27,274 nt of DNA, taken from positions 1 to 27,274 of the forward strand of contig JANMKN010000078.1 of assembly GCA_031372065.1 (NCBI GenBank), given 5' to 3'. The notes beneath the pieces were generated by a model. It was not told the origin of the DNA. It did not search any database and saw only the letters and a list, made by a program, of their open reading frames with translations. Source of the stretch: Abditibacteriaceae bacterium. Its GTDB lineage: Bacteria; Armatimonadota; Abditibacteriia; Abditibacteriales; Abditibacteriaceae. A program made the position numbers and the translations under genes. Of this stretch, positions 9,277 through 17,578 are shown piece after piece (position 1 is the first letter of the stretch; every line of letters begins with the position of its first letter).

Positions 9277-10329
9277 ATGTCAGAAAAAATCTCCGTTGCT
9301 CTCATTGGTGCCAGTGGTTATGGCGGCGCTGAATTGGCGCGGCTTTTGGCGAATCATAACCACGCCAAATTGAAAATAGCCACGGCTTCGGGCGAACGGG
9401 CCGGAGCAAAATTATCCGATTTATTTCCGAGTTTGCGCAGCGTATGCGACCTCGTTTGCGAAGAATTTGATCTCGACCAAATTGCCCAATGCGATTTCAC
9501 TTTTATCGCGCTCGGACACGGCAAAGCAATGGCAATGGCGCCGCAATTATTGGAGCGCGGCCTCAAAGTCGTGGACTTCGGCGGCGATTTTCGCTTGCGC
9601 GACGCGGATTCTTACGAACATTGGTATAAAACGCCCCACACAGCGCGCGAATTGTTATCCGAAGCCGTTTATGGCTTGCCCGAATGGAATCGCGACAAAA
9701 TCAAAAACGCGAAACTTGTCGCCAATCCCGGCTGTTATCCAACGAGCGCCATTTTAGCGCTTGCGCCGCTTTTGGAAGCTAACGCGATTGACGAAAAAAC
9801 TATCATCGTGGACAGCGCCAGCGGCACATCGGGCGCCGGGCGCAGTTCGCTTGGCCTCGGCCTGCATCACTCCGAAGTTAGCGAAGATTTCAAGGCTTAT
9901 AAAATCGCCAGTCATCAGCACACGCCGGAAATTGAGCAAGCACTGGGTGATGCCGGCGGGCGCGAGATTGTTCTGACTTTCACCACGCATCTTTTACCAA
10001 TTGCGCGCGGCATTTTAACGACCAGTTACGCCACAGTGCGCGGCGAACAGACAACGCAGTCACTGCATCAAATCATTGCCAAGCGCTACGAAAACGAGCC
10101 GTTCGTGCGCGTTTGTCCTTTGGGCGAAGTGCCGCAATTGAAACACACTGTCGGCAGCAATTTTTGTGACATCGGCGTGCAAGTGGACACGCGCACCAAC
10201 CGCGCCATCGTAATTTCCGCTGAAGACAACCTCATAAAAGGCGCCGCCGGACAAGCCCTGCAAAATATGAACATCATGTGTGGCTTCGACGAACGCGAAG
10301 GCTTGCGTAGTGCGGCGTTGTTTCCGTGA
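9277..10329 (+). CDS. argC: N-acetyl-gamma-glutamyl-phosphate reductase
   Basis: IGASGYGGAEL, VANPGCYPTS, DNLIKGAAGQALQNMN; start ATG 9277. Confidence 0.97.
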   Translation: MSEKISVALIGASGYGGAELARLLANHNHAKLKIATASGERAGAKLSDLFPSLRSVCDLVCEEFDLDQIAQCDFTFIALGHGKAMAMAPQLLERGLKVVDFGGDFRLRDADSYEHWYKTPHTARELLSEAVYGLPEWNRDKIKNAKLVANPGCYPTSAILALAPLLEANAIDEKTIIVDSASGTSGAGRSSLGLGLHHSEVSEDFKAYKIASHQHTPEIEQALGDAGGREIVLTFTTHLLPIARGILTTSYATVRGEQTTQSLHQIIAKRYENEPFVRVCPLGEVPQLKHTVGSNFCDIGVQVDTRTNRAIVISAEDNLIKGAAGQALQNMNIMCGFDEREGLRSAALFP

Positions 10330-10333
10330 TTTT

Positions 10334-10783
10334 ATGCGAGAAAGTCAACGCATATTTGTTCTTGCGATCAGTGGATTTCTTGGAGCGTGTTTTTATACGT
10401 TTCTAATCATTTTCGCTGATTATATTTACTACACTTTTTTCTTAACTCGCCCTTACCAAATTGAGTTAATGGATTCACTTCCTTATAGTTTTCCTATAGG
10501 TGTTGTGATGGGCATCATAAGTGCCTCAATCTGGTGGTGTTACCAAGCCAATGATTTTGAAGGTGCTGCAAAAATCTGCCACAACTGGGGAGTATTAGGT
10601 TTTATTGCAAGTGGCGCGATTCTACTGCTCCTTTTGAATGAATATTGGAACCGAGGCTTTTTCATGTTAGTGGCCCAATTTTTTCGATTTTGTCTGGGTT
10701 GGGGCGCGCCGCTTGGCTGGTCTATTATGCTGTTGTTCGCTCCTCATTTACCAATATTCTGGAGTCACAAAAATCCCTCATGA
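10334..10783 (+). CDS. Hypothetical membrane protein (about 4 TM)
   Basis: Hydrophobic 149-aa ORF filling the gap between argC and the next gene; ATGA overlap with the downstream gene; AT-richer than its neighbours. Confidence 0.7.
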   Translation: MRESQRIFVLAISGFLGACFYTFLIIFADYIYYTFFLTRPYQIELMDSLPYSFPIGVVMGIISASIWWCYQANDFEGAAKICHNWGVLGFIASGAILLLLLNEYWNRGFFMLVAQFFRFCLGWGAPLGWSIMLLFAPHLPIFWSHKNPS

Positions 10784-11331
10784 GAACCATCGGCATTATT
10801 TCGGACACGCATATTCGTGCGGGCGGCACGCGGCAACTTCCGGCGCGAGTTTTTGACGTTTTCGCGGGCGTTGATTTTATTTTGCACAGCGGTGATGTGA
10901 CAGATGACAGCGTGATTTCCGATTTAGAAACCATCGCGCCGACTTTTGGTGTGCATGGCAACAACGACGATTGGAGCGTGCTGGAACGATGGCCCGCCAC
11001 GCGTTTTTTGACAATCGAAGGCTGCAATATCGGCCTTGTGCATGGGCATCTCGCCAAAGGGCGCTCGACGCCGCTTGATATTGCAGGCAATCGCGAAACA
11101 GCGGGCCATGCGCTGTCACATTTTCTCGATGAAAGCGGCGCGCCAATAGCCGATTGCATTATTTTCGGCCATTCGCACCGGCCTATTATTTTCTGGCACG
11201 AGGTCGCCGGACGCAAAATATTGTTGTTCAATCCCGGTTCTCCCACAGATCGCCGCTACGCGCCCAACTTTGGTTTGGGCCTTTTGCGCATAGACAATAA
11301 TGAATTAAAGCCCGAATTAATTCTGTGGTGA
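10780..11331 (+). CDS. YfcE/MJ0936-family metallophosphoesterase
   Basis: ISDTH, HSGD, GNND, VHGH, FGHSH, NPGS motifs. Confidence 0.92.
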   Translation: MRTIGIISDTHIRAGGTRQLPARVFDVFAGVDFILHSGDVTDDSVISDLETIAPTFGVHGNNDDWSVLERWPATRFLTIEGCNIGLVHGHLAKGRSTPLDIAGNRETAGHALSHFLDESGAPIADCIIFGHSHRPIIFWHEVAGRKILLFNPGSPTDRRYAPNFGLGLLRIDNNELKPELILW

Positions 11332-11342
11332 AAAGCTATACT

Positions 11343-11410
11343 TCAGTGGTCAGCAGTCAGTGTTCAGTGGTCGGTTTTCTGTCCACCGACCACCGACCAC
11401 CGCCCACTGA
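11343..11410. repeat. Heptamer tandem repeat with inverted copy (TCAGTGG-type x4 / CCACYGA-type x4)
   Basis: tcagtgg tcagcag tcagtgt tcagtgg ... ccaccga ccaccga ccaccgc ccactga. Confidence 0.9.
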
Positions 11411-11412
11411 AT

Positions 11413-12396
11413 ATGTCCGAACTTTACATTAAACAAGAACTGCTCAAAACACTGGGGCAAATTGACGCCCTCATTCTCGATATTGACGGCGTGGTGCTGG
11501 ATGTTTCCGGCTCCTTTCGCGTGGCGATTGCCGACACTTCACAATATTACGCCACGCAGATTTTGAATTTGGCCGATACCGGCGCGATTTTGCAAACCGG
11601 CGAAACCGAATTTTTCAAAATGGCAGGCGGCTTCAATTCCGATTGGGATCTAACCAACGCTGTTGTCGCTTTAATCGTGGCAAAGCAAGCGCAAACCGAT
11701 GCTGATAACACGCAAGTTATACGCGAAGCCGAGCCAAATTGGGACGACTATTGTGAAGCTATCAAAAAGCGCGGCGGCGGCCTCAAAGCCGCTGAAGCTT
11801 ATATTTTGGAATACCTAAACGCCACAGAACGCCGCAATTTTTCGCGCAATTGGAATCCCAAATTAGTTACGCAACTGTTTCAGGAAATGTATGCCGGCGA
11901 CGGCGCTTGTCGCGCGCTTTATGGCTTCGATCCCGAACGCATTCACGGTGACGGCTATTACAAAAACGAAACTGTCATGTTAGATGCGAAACTGCTGCCT
12001 GAAAAATTGAAAATCGGCATTGTGACAGGCCGCACCCATAGCGAAACGCGCCTCGCCCTCAAAATGGCGGGCCTGACACAGCGCATTCCCGAAAGCAACT
12101 GGATTACCGAAGACAGCGGTGTGCGCAAGCCCGATGGACGCACCATGCTGCAACTGCGCGAGAAAATGGAATTCCGCTTCGCGATTTACATCGGCGACAC
12201 AGTGGACGATCATCAAACGATTTTAAATTACCGTGAACTCAAAGGTTCGGGCAAAGCCAAAATCGTGGCTTGCACCAGCCTTTCCGGGCCATCCGGCGAA
12301 AAGCATCGCCGTTATTTTCTTGAAGCGGGCGCCGAAATCGTCACGCCCGATGCGAATGCGCTTTTGCTGTATTTAAATCAGGTTTTGAAACCATAG
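11413..12396 (+). CDS. HAD-superfamily hydrolase (TIGR01548-like), candidate histidinol-phosphate phosphatase
   Basis: DIDGVVLDVSGS motif I, GGFNSDWDL, VTGR, KPD, YIGDTVDD; directly upstream of hisB. Confidence 0.8.
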   Translation: MSELYIKQELLKTLGQIDALILDIDGVVLDVSGSFRVAIADTSQYYATQILNLADTGAILQTGETEFFKMAGGFNSDWDLTNAVVALIVAKQAQTDADNTQVIREAEPNWDDYCEAIKKRGGGLKAAEAYILEYLNATERRNFSRNWNPKLVTQLFQEMYAGDGACRALYGFDPERIHGDGYYKNETVMLDAKLLPEKLKIGIVTGRTHSETRLALKMAGLTQRIPESNWITEDSGVRKPDGRTMLQLREKMEFRFAIYIGDTVDDHQTILNYRELKGSGKAKIVACTSLSGPSGEKHRRYFLEAGAEIVTPDANALLLYLNQVLKP

Positions 12397-12458
12397 AACG
12401 CAAAATTCGCAAATTTCTTTGAGAAAATTTCCGTTATTTTGCGAAATTTGCGTTCTAT
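12393..12458. repeat. Intergenic inverted repeat with 21-bp arms
   Basis: atagaacgcaaaattcgcaaa ... tttgcgaaatttgcgttctat (1 mismatch); overlaps the TAG stop. Confidence 0.85.
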
Positions 12459-12467
12459 TTCAAGCAC

Positions 12468-13058
12468 ATGAGAACTTCAACCATCACTCGCAATACAACC
12501 GAAACGCAAATTGAACTGTCGCTCAATCTCGATGGCAGTGGGCAATTCGATATTGATTTGCCGCGCGACGCGGGCGCGCCGTTTTGGAAGCATATGCTGG
12601 AGCAGTGGGCGAAACATGGCCGCTTCGATTTGCAAATTAAAGCGACCGGCGATGTCGAAATCGAAGCGCATCACTTAATCGAAGATTTGGGCATAGTTCT
12701 CGGTCAAGCCTTAAATGAAGCCATCGGCGACAAACGCGGCATTGCGCGCTACGGCTTTTTCATCGCGCCAATGGACGAAGTTCTCATGCTCTGCGCCGTG
12801 GATTTTTGCGGGCGCAGCTACCTGCAACTTGACTGGAATTTGCAGCAGTCGCGCTTGGGCGAATTTGACACACACTTGGCGCGCGAATTTTTCGTGGCAC
12901 TGGCCAACAACGCGAAAATCAATTTGCACATCAAAGAATTAAGCGGCGGCAACGCGCATCATGTTATTGAAGCGAGCATGAAGGCGATGGCGAAAGCCAT
13001 GCGCGCTGCAACGACTGTGTCTGGCAATGAATTGCCTTCGACTAAGGGAATCTTGTGA
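12468..13058 (+). CDS. hisB: Imidazoleglycerol-phosphate dehydratase (monofunctional)
   Basis: RNTTETQI, EAHHLIEDLGI, PMDE, GNAHHVIEA, PSTKG. Confidence 0.97.
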   Translation: MRTSTITRNTTETQIELSLNLDGSGQFDIDLPRDAGAPFWKHMLEQWAKHGRFDLQIKATGDVEIEAHHLIEDLGIVLGQALNEAIGDKRGIARYGFFIAPMDEVLMLCAVDFCGRSYLQLDWNLQQSRLGEFDTHLAREFFVALANNAKINLHIKELSGGNAHHVIEASMKAMAKAMRAATTVSGNELPSTKGIL

Positions 13059-13068
13059 GGTGATAGTG

Positions 13069-13467
13069 ATGGAACAAATGGTGACTGTGAAAATAGCGCA
13101 ATTTGATCATGAGGCACAATTCATCAAGTCTCGCTTGCGCGCTGCTCACATTTCATGTTTCTTGCAGGGCAATTATGGGCCAAGCCTGATTGGACACACC
13201 AGTTGGAAGCATCCACTGGGAGGCATTGAAATTAAAGTCAATGCCTCAGATTTAGCAGCCGCCCAAAGCGCTTTACAGACGTTCGCGAGGACGGATGAAC
13301 CAATACCTCGATTGCCGTGGCATGGCATTATCACCTATGGTTTGCGCCAAGTGCCGCTACCACTGCGAATCCTCTTAATCGTTTTGGGCGCTCCCTATTT
13401 TTTGTTTACAGTTTGCGCCCTCGCCTACATGATATTAGGTGGGCTACTCAGCATTTTCAAACAATGA
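13069..13467 (+). CDS. DUF2007-like protein with C-terminal TM segment
   Basis: EAQFIKSRLRAAHI...GGIEIKVNASDLAAAQSAL pattern; SD GAGGTG; ATGA overlap with hisH. Confidence 0.7.
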   Translation: MEQMVTVKIAQFDHEAQFIKSRLRAAHISCFLQGNYGPSLIGHTSWKHPLGGIEIKVNASDLAAAQSALQTFARTDEPIPRLPWHGIITYGLRQVPLPLRILLIVLGAPYFLFTVCALAYMILGGLLSIFKQ

Positions 13468-14069
13468 TTACCATTATAGATTGCGGCATCAACAACCTTC
13501 GCAGCGCGCAAAAAGCCTTTGAGCATTTAGGTTATCAAACGCAAGTCACGCGCGATGCGGATGTGGTTGCGGGCGCTGAAAAACTCGTTTTGCCCGGCGT
13601 CGGCGCTTTTGGCGCGGCCATGCAAAGTTTGCGCGCGGCAAATCTCGTGGAACCTATTCAACAAACCATCAAAAGCGGCACGCCGTTTTTGGGCATTTGT
13701 CTCGCCTTGCAATTATTGTTCGAGGAAAGCGAAGAATTGGGCCTGAATCAAGGCATCGGCGCCGTCGCAGGCCGCGTGGTGCGCTTTGACGACGCGCCCG
13801 ATTTGAAAATTCCGCACATGGGTTGGAGCGCGCTGCATTTTCCGCGCGAATCAAGGCTTTTCAAAGGCGTAAACGAAGGCGCGATGGTTTATTTTGTCCA
13901 TTCCTATCACGCTTTGCCGCAAGAGCAAAATATGGTCGTCGCCACTTCGACACACGGCAGCGAATTCGTCGCGGCGATTGAACACAACAACCTGATGGCT
14001 TGCCAATTTCACCCCGAAAAAAGCAGCGCCGTCGGCATGAAAATTTTGGATAACTTTGGAAAGGTTTAG
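13464..14069 (+). CDS. hisH: Imidazole glycerol phosphate synthase glutaminase subunit
   Basis: LPGVGAF, LGICL, PHMGW, YFVHSY, QFHPEKS; start ATG 13464. Confidence 0.97.
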   Translation: MITIIDCGINNLRSAQKAFEHLGYQTQVTRDADVVAGAEKLVLPGVGAFGAAMQSLRAANLVEPIQQTIKSGTPFLGICLALQLLFEESEELGLNQGIGAVAGRVVRFDDAPDLKIPHMGWSALHFPRESRLFKGVNEGAMVYFVHSYHALPQEQNMVVATSTHGSEFVAAIEHNNLMACQFHPEKSSAVGMKILDNFGKV

Positions 14070-14129
14070 CTTTTAGCGGTTAGCAATTAGCAGTGAGCTA
14101 ACCGCTAAAATCTGATTGCTAAAAGCTAA
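14066..14129. repeat. Heptamer tandem repeat with inverted copy (TTAGCNN x4 / GCTAANN x4-5)
   Basis: ttagctt ttagcgg ttagcaa ttagcag tga gctaacc gctaaaa tctgatt gctaaaa gctaa. Confidence 0.9.
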
Positions 14130-14131
14130 TT

Positions 14132-14860
14132 ATGTTTGAAATCATTCCCGCGATAGATATTCGCGGCGGTCAATGTGTGCGCCTTTTGCAGGGCGATTAC
14201 AATCAGGAAACGGTTTACGGCGCCGACCCGGTCGAAATGGCGCAGCGTTGGGAAAAAGAAGGCGCCACCCGTTTGCACGTTGTAGATTTGGACGGCGCCA
14301 AAGTTGGCTCCGATGCCAATCACGCCATTGTCGCGCGCATTGCGCAGACGCTAAAAATTCCCGTGCAACTCGGCGGAGGTTTGCGCGATGCAGCCACCAT
14401 TCAGTGGGTCTTGGATTCGGGCGTGGCGCGCTGCATTATCGGCACCAAAGCGGCGAAAGAGCCGCAATGGGCGCAGCAAATGTTCGCGCAATTCGGCGAA
14501 GCGATTATTTTGGGCTTGGACGCGCGCGATGGCATGGTCGCTGTGGCCGGTTGGCAAGAAACCAGCGCGATTCCCGCCGTAACTTTCGCGCAAACGATGC
14601 AAGATTTCGGCTGTGCGCGCCTTATTTTCACCGACATCGCCCGCGACGGCACTTTAGCCGGCCCCAATGCCGAGGCACTTCGTCAAATGGCAGAGGCCGT
14701 CGAAATTCCCGTTATCGCATCGGGCGGCGTCCATAAAGCCACCGACATTCGCATCCTGAAAAACATTCCCAACATCGAAGGCGCCATCGTCGGCAAAGCA
14801 CTTTATGAAGGCACCGCCACGATGAATCAATTGCTGGCTGTGGCAAAAGACAAAGAGTAA
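14132..14860 (+). CDS. hisA: ProFAR isomerase
   Basis: IIPAIDIRGGQCVRL, LHVVDLDGA, QLGGGLR, FTDIARDGTL, IASGGV. Confidence 0.97.
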   Translation: MFEIIPAIDIRGGQCVRLLQGDYNQETVYGADPVEMAQRWEKEGATRLHVVDLDGAKVGSDANHAIVARIAQTLKIPVQLGGGLRDAATIQWVLDSGVARCIIGTKAAKEPQWAQQMFAQFGEAIILGLDARDGMVAVAGWQETSAIPAVTFAQTMQDFGCARLIFTDIARDGTLAGPNAEALRQMAEAVEIPVIASGGVHKATDIRILKNIPNIEGAIVGKALYEGTATMNQLLAVAKDKE

Positions 14861-14992
14861 AATTCCACTCCATAAGCGCGGAAGTGAGCTATATCGGAAA
14901 TTCTTGCTGGCATATCAGCGAGAATCATTAATCATTGGGCCGCCTAACTGCTGATAATCCATGCGAATGGCGTTCATAAAACAGAAATCCTC

Positions 14993-15002
14993 TGCTACAC
15001 TG
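14993..15002 (+). promoter_or_regulatory. Extended -10 box (TGcTACACT) for a leaderless galT transcript
   Basis: TGCTACACTG then 6 nt then in-frame GTG 15009; identical to the argC box. Confidence 0.55.
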
Positions 15003-15008
15003 CGCGCC

Positions 15009-16175
15009 GTGTCCACTTCTTTAACTCAATACGAAATGCAAAAAACGGGCGTGCGCATGGATGATGGGCGCACCCTGAAATATTACGATTTCGCCGCGCA
15101 AAATCAGACACCGCCTTATTGGCAAATTCATCAAGACGCTGCGCAAGCCGACCCGCCAACAGGGCCGCGCCTTTTGCCACAGCCACCAGAAATGCGCTGG
15201 AATCCGACGCTGGGCGAATGGACGGTTTTTGCCGCCAATCGCATGAACCGCCCGCAGTTGCCTTCCAAAGACGCTTGTCCGCTTTGTCCCGGCATTTTGG
15301 AATTGCCGCTGCCTTATCAAGTCGCCATTTTTGAAAATCGCGCGCCTTCGATGGCCTATATTCCCGATGATGAACAAGCAACGCCGAACGCCAACATCTA
15401 CGAAATGACCACCCCGGCGCGTGGGCGCTGCGATTTGGTGGTGTATTCGCAAGATCACGATTCTAAACTTGCTTCGATGCCGGTTAATGACGTTTATTGT
15501 CTGGTGGAAGCGTGGCGCGATCATTATGCCTCGCTGGTGGCGCAACCCGACATCAAATGCGTTTCGATCTTTGAAAATAAAGGCCGCGACGCAGGCATGA
15601 CGCTTGACCATCCGCACGGCCAAATTTATTCGTTTTCGTTTTTGCCGCCCAATGTGCAAAAGCAATGGGATCAAACCATCGCTCTCTCACATAACGGCAA
15701 CTTGTGGCAGAGCATCATTGATAAAGAATTGCGCGAAGGCACGCGAATTATCGCTGAAACCGATGGTTTTTTGGCCGCGCAGCCATATTTTGCGCGTTAT
15801 CCGTATGAAGTTCACATTTGGGCCAAACGCGTCGGTGTGCATTCGCTTTTGGAAATGACGCCCGATGAGCGCCGCCAATTGGCTGGAATGCTGAAAAACC
15901 TTGTCACGCGCTACGAAGACTTGTGGCCGGGCAACGAAATCGGCTTCCCAACTTTGATGCTGATGTATCAGCTTTCCAATTTAGTCGGCGTAGAAAATTA
16001 TCGTTTCCACATCGAATATTTGCCCTTGCAGCGCAGTCCTGAAAAGTTGAAATATCGCGCCAGCGTTGAAAGCGGGCCGGGCACCTTCTTGAACGATGCT
16101 TTGCCCGAAAATCAAGCCGCCGAACTCAAAGCCGTGGCGCCACAAACAGTCGAATTGCCGGATATTATTTTTTAG
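15009..16175 (+). CDS. galT: Galactose-1-phosphate uridylyltransferase
   Basis: RWNPTLGEW, CPLCPG, FENK G..AG.TLDHPHGQ catalytic motif; start uncertain (14961, 15009 GTG or 15036). Confidence 0.93.
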   Translation: MSTSLTQYEMQKTGVRMDDGRTLKYYDFAAQNQTPPYWQIHQDAAQADPPTGPRLLPQPPEMRWNPTLGEWTVFAANRMNRPQLPSKDACPLCPGILELPLPYQVAIFENRAPSMAYIPDDEQATPNANIYEMTTPARGRCDLVVYSQDHDSKLASMPVNDVYCLVEAWRDHYASLVAQPDIKCVSIFENKGRDAGMTLDHPHGQIYSFSFLPPNVQKQWDQTIALSHNGNLWQSIIDKELREGTRIIAETDGFLAAQPYFARYPYEVHIWAKRVGVHSLLEMTPDERRQLAGMLKNLVTRYEDLWPGNEIGFPTLMLMYQLSNLVGVENYRFHIEYLPLQRSPEKLKYRASVESGPGTFLNDALPENQAAELKAVAPQTVELPDIIF

Positions 16176-16238
16176 GTTCGGGATGATGGGTGAATACAAT
16201 CCCATCACCCCGAACCTATCACCCCGAACCTATCACCC
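16173..16238. repeat. Inverted repeat with a 14-mer (2x7) tandem arm
   Basis: taggttcgggatgatggg pairs with cccatcaccccgaaccta; atcaccccgaacct repeated in tandem. Confidence 0.85.
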
Positions 16239-16243
16239 TTCTC

Positions 16244-17386
16244 ATGAACATCAGCGAAATTTTTTCTCAAAAATTTGGCGACAGCGCCGAGGCATTTTCG
16301 ATTCGCTCGCCGGGCCGCGTCAATCTTATCGGCGAACACGTTGATTACAACGATGGCTTTGTTTTGCCGATTGCGGTGCCGCTTGAAGTGAACTTAAAAG
16401 TGCGCCCGCGCATGGATCGGCGCGTGGAACTTTACGCCGCCAATTTCGATGACTTGCGCGGCTTTTCGCTGGACAATCTCACGCATCAACAAACATGGAT
16501 TGATTATGTGCAAGGCGTGGCGCATGAGTTGGCGGGCGCCAGCGTGCCGCTGCATGGCTTTGAAGGCGTGGTGATCTCTGATGTGCCGGTCGCTTCGGGT
16601 CTTTCGTCCTCGGCGGCCATCGAAGTAGGCGCCGCGCTGGCCTTTTTGCATTTGGCACAGCAACCAATGGCGCCAGTTGACGTTGCCAAACTTTGCCAGA
16701 AAGCCGAAAACAAATTCGTTGGCGTCAACTGCGGCATCATGGATCAAATGGCCGTCGCTGCGTGCCGCGAAAATCACGCGCTTTTGCTCGATTGTCGCGA
16801 TTATTCGACGCGTCAGGTGCCGTTTCGCTTGCAAAAGCACTCGATCATCGTCACCGACAGCGCCGCGCCGCGCGAATTGGCTTCTTCGGCCTACAACGAG
16901 CGCCGCGCGCAGTGCGAAACGGGCCTTGCGCAGTTGCAAATAAAAATGCCGCACGTTTCGTCGTTGCGCGATGTGTCGCCCGAAGATTTGCAGCAATACG
17001 GCGGCGATCTCGACCCAATTGTGCGCAAACGCGTGCAACACGTCGTGGATGAAATCGCGCGCACGGTTTACGCTTGCGAAAATTTGGAAAAAGACAATCT
17101 CGAAGTTTTCGGCGAGTGCATGAACGGCTCGCACGCTTCGCTTAGTGAACTTTACGAAGTCTCCAGCCCCGAACTCGATTGGCTGACAAATTGGGCGCGC
17201 AAACAACCCGGCGTTTTGGGCAGTCGCCTAACGGGTGCTGGTTTCGGCGGCTGCACCGTCACGCTCATCGAAAACAGCGGCGTGGATTCGTTTCTTGAAA
17301 ACCAACCGCGCGAATACACAGCCGCCATGAAGCGCGAGGCGCGCTGTTGGGTTTGCACCGCTGTCGAAGGCGCGCAGATTCTGTGA
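16244..17386 (+). CDS. galK: Galactokinase
   Basis: SPGRVNLIGEHVDYNDG, PVASGLSSSAA, CGIMDQ, SRLTGAGFGGC; start ATG 16244. Confidence 0.97.
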   Translation: MNISEIFSQKFGDSAEAFSIRSPGRVNLIGEHVDYNDGFVLPIAVPLEVNLKVRPRMDRRVELYAANFDDLRGFSLDNLTHQQTWIDYVQGVAHELAGASVPLHGFEGVVISDVPVASGLSSSAAIEVGAALAFLHLAQQPMAPVDVAKLCQKAENKFVGVNCGIMDQMAVAACRENHALLLDCRDYSTRQVPFRLQKHSIIVTDSAAPRELASSAYNERRAQCETGLAQLQIKMPHVSSLRDVSPEDLQQYGGDLDPIVRKRVQHVVDEIARTVYACENLEKDNLEVFGECMNGSHASLSELYEVSSPELDWLTNWARKQPGVLGSRLTGAGFGGCTVTLIENSGVDSFLENQPREYTAAMKREARCWVCTAVEGAQIL

Positions 17387-17416
17387 ATTCACGAGAAAAA
17401 TACGGCCATTTCCGGC

Positions 17417-17454
17417 AAAAATAGCTTCATTCTGGTGAGAATGAGGCTATTTTT
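17417..17454. terminator. Bidirectional terminator between convergent galK and argH
   Basis: aaaaatagcttcattct-ggtg-agaatgaggctattttt. Confidence 0.8.
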
Positions 17455-17455
17455 A

Positions 17456-17538
17456 AAGCAAAGTGCTTCCATCCCCGCGAGAATGGAAGCATCAGGCAAG
17501 CAAAGTGGCTCCATCCCCGCCGGGATGGAGCCACTTTG
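17456..17538. repeat. Two tandem REP-like hairpins (42-bp period)
   Basis: aagcaaagtgcttccatccccgcgagaatggaagca and aagcaaagtggctccatccccgccgggatggagccactttg. Confidence 0.8.
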
Positions 17539-17578
17539 GAAGTTGGGCAACTGTTTGGAGACCAATTTCCTGTAAATT

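Noticed and set aside
16394..17206. Long antisense ORFs (also 6649-7299, 15021-15674, 18215-18850, 25387-26232)
   Set aside because: Opposite well-supported enzyme genes; typical codon-bias shadows
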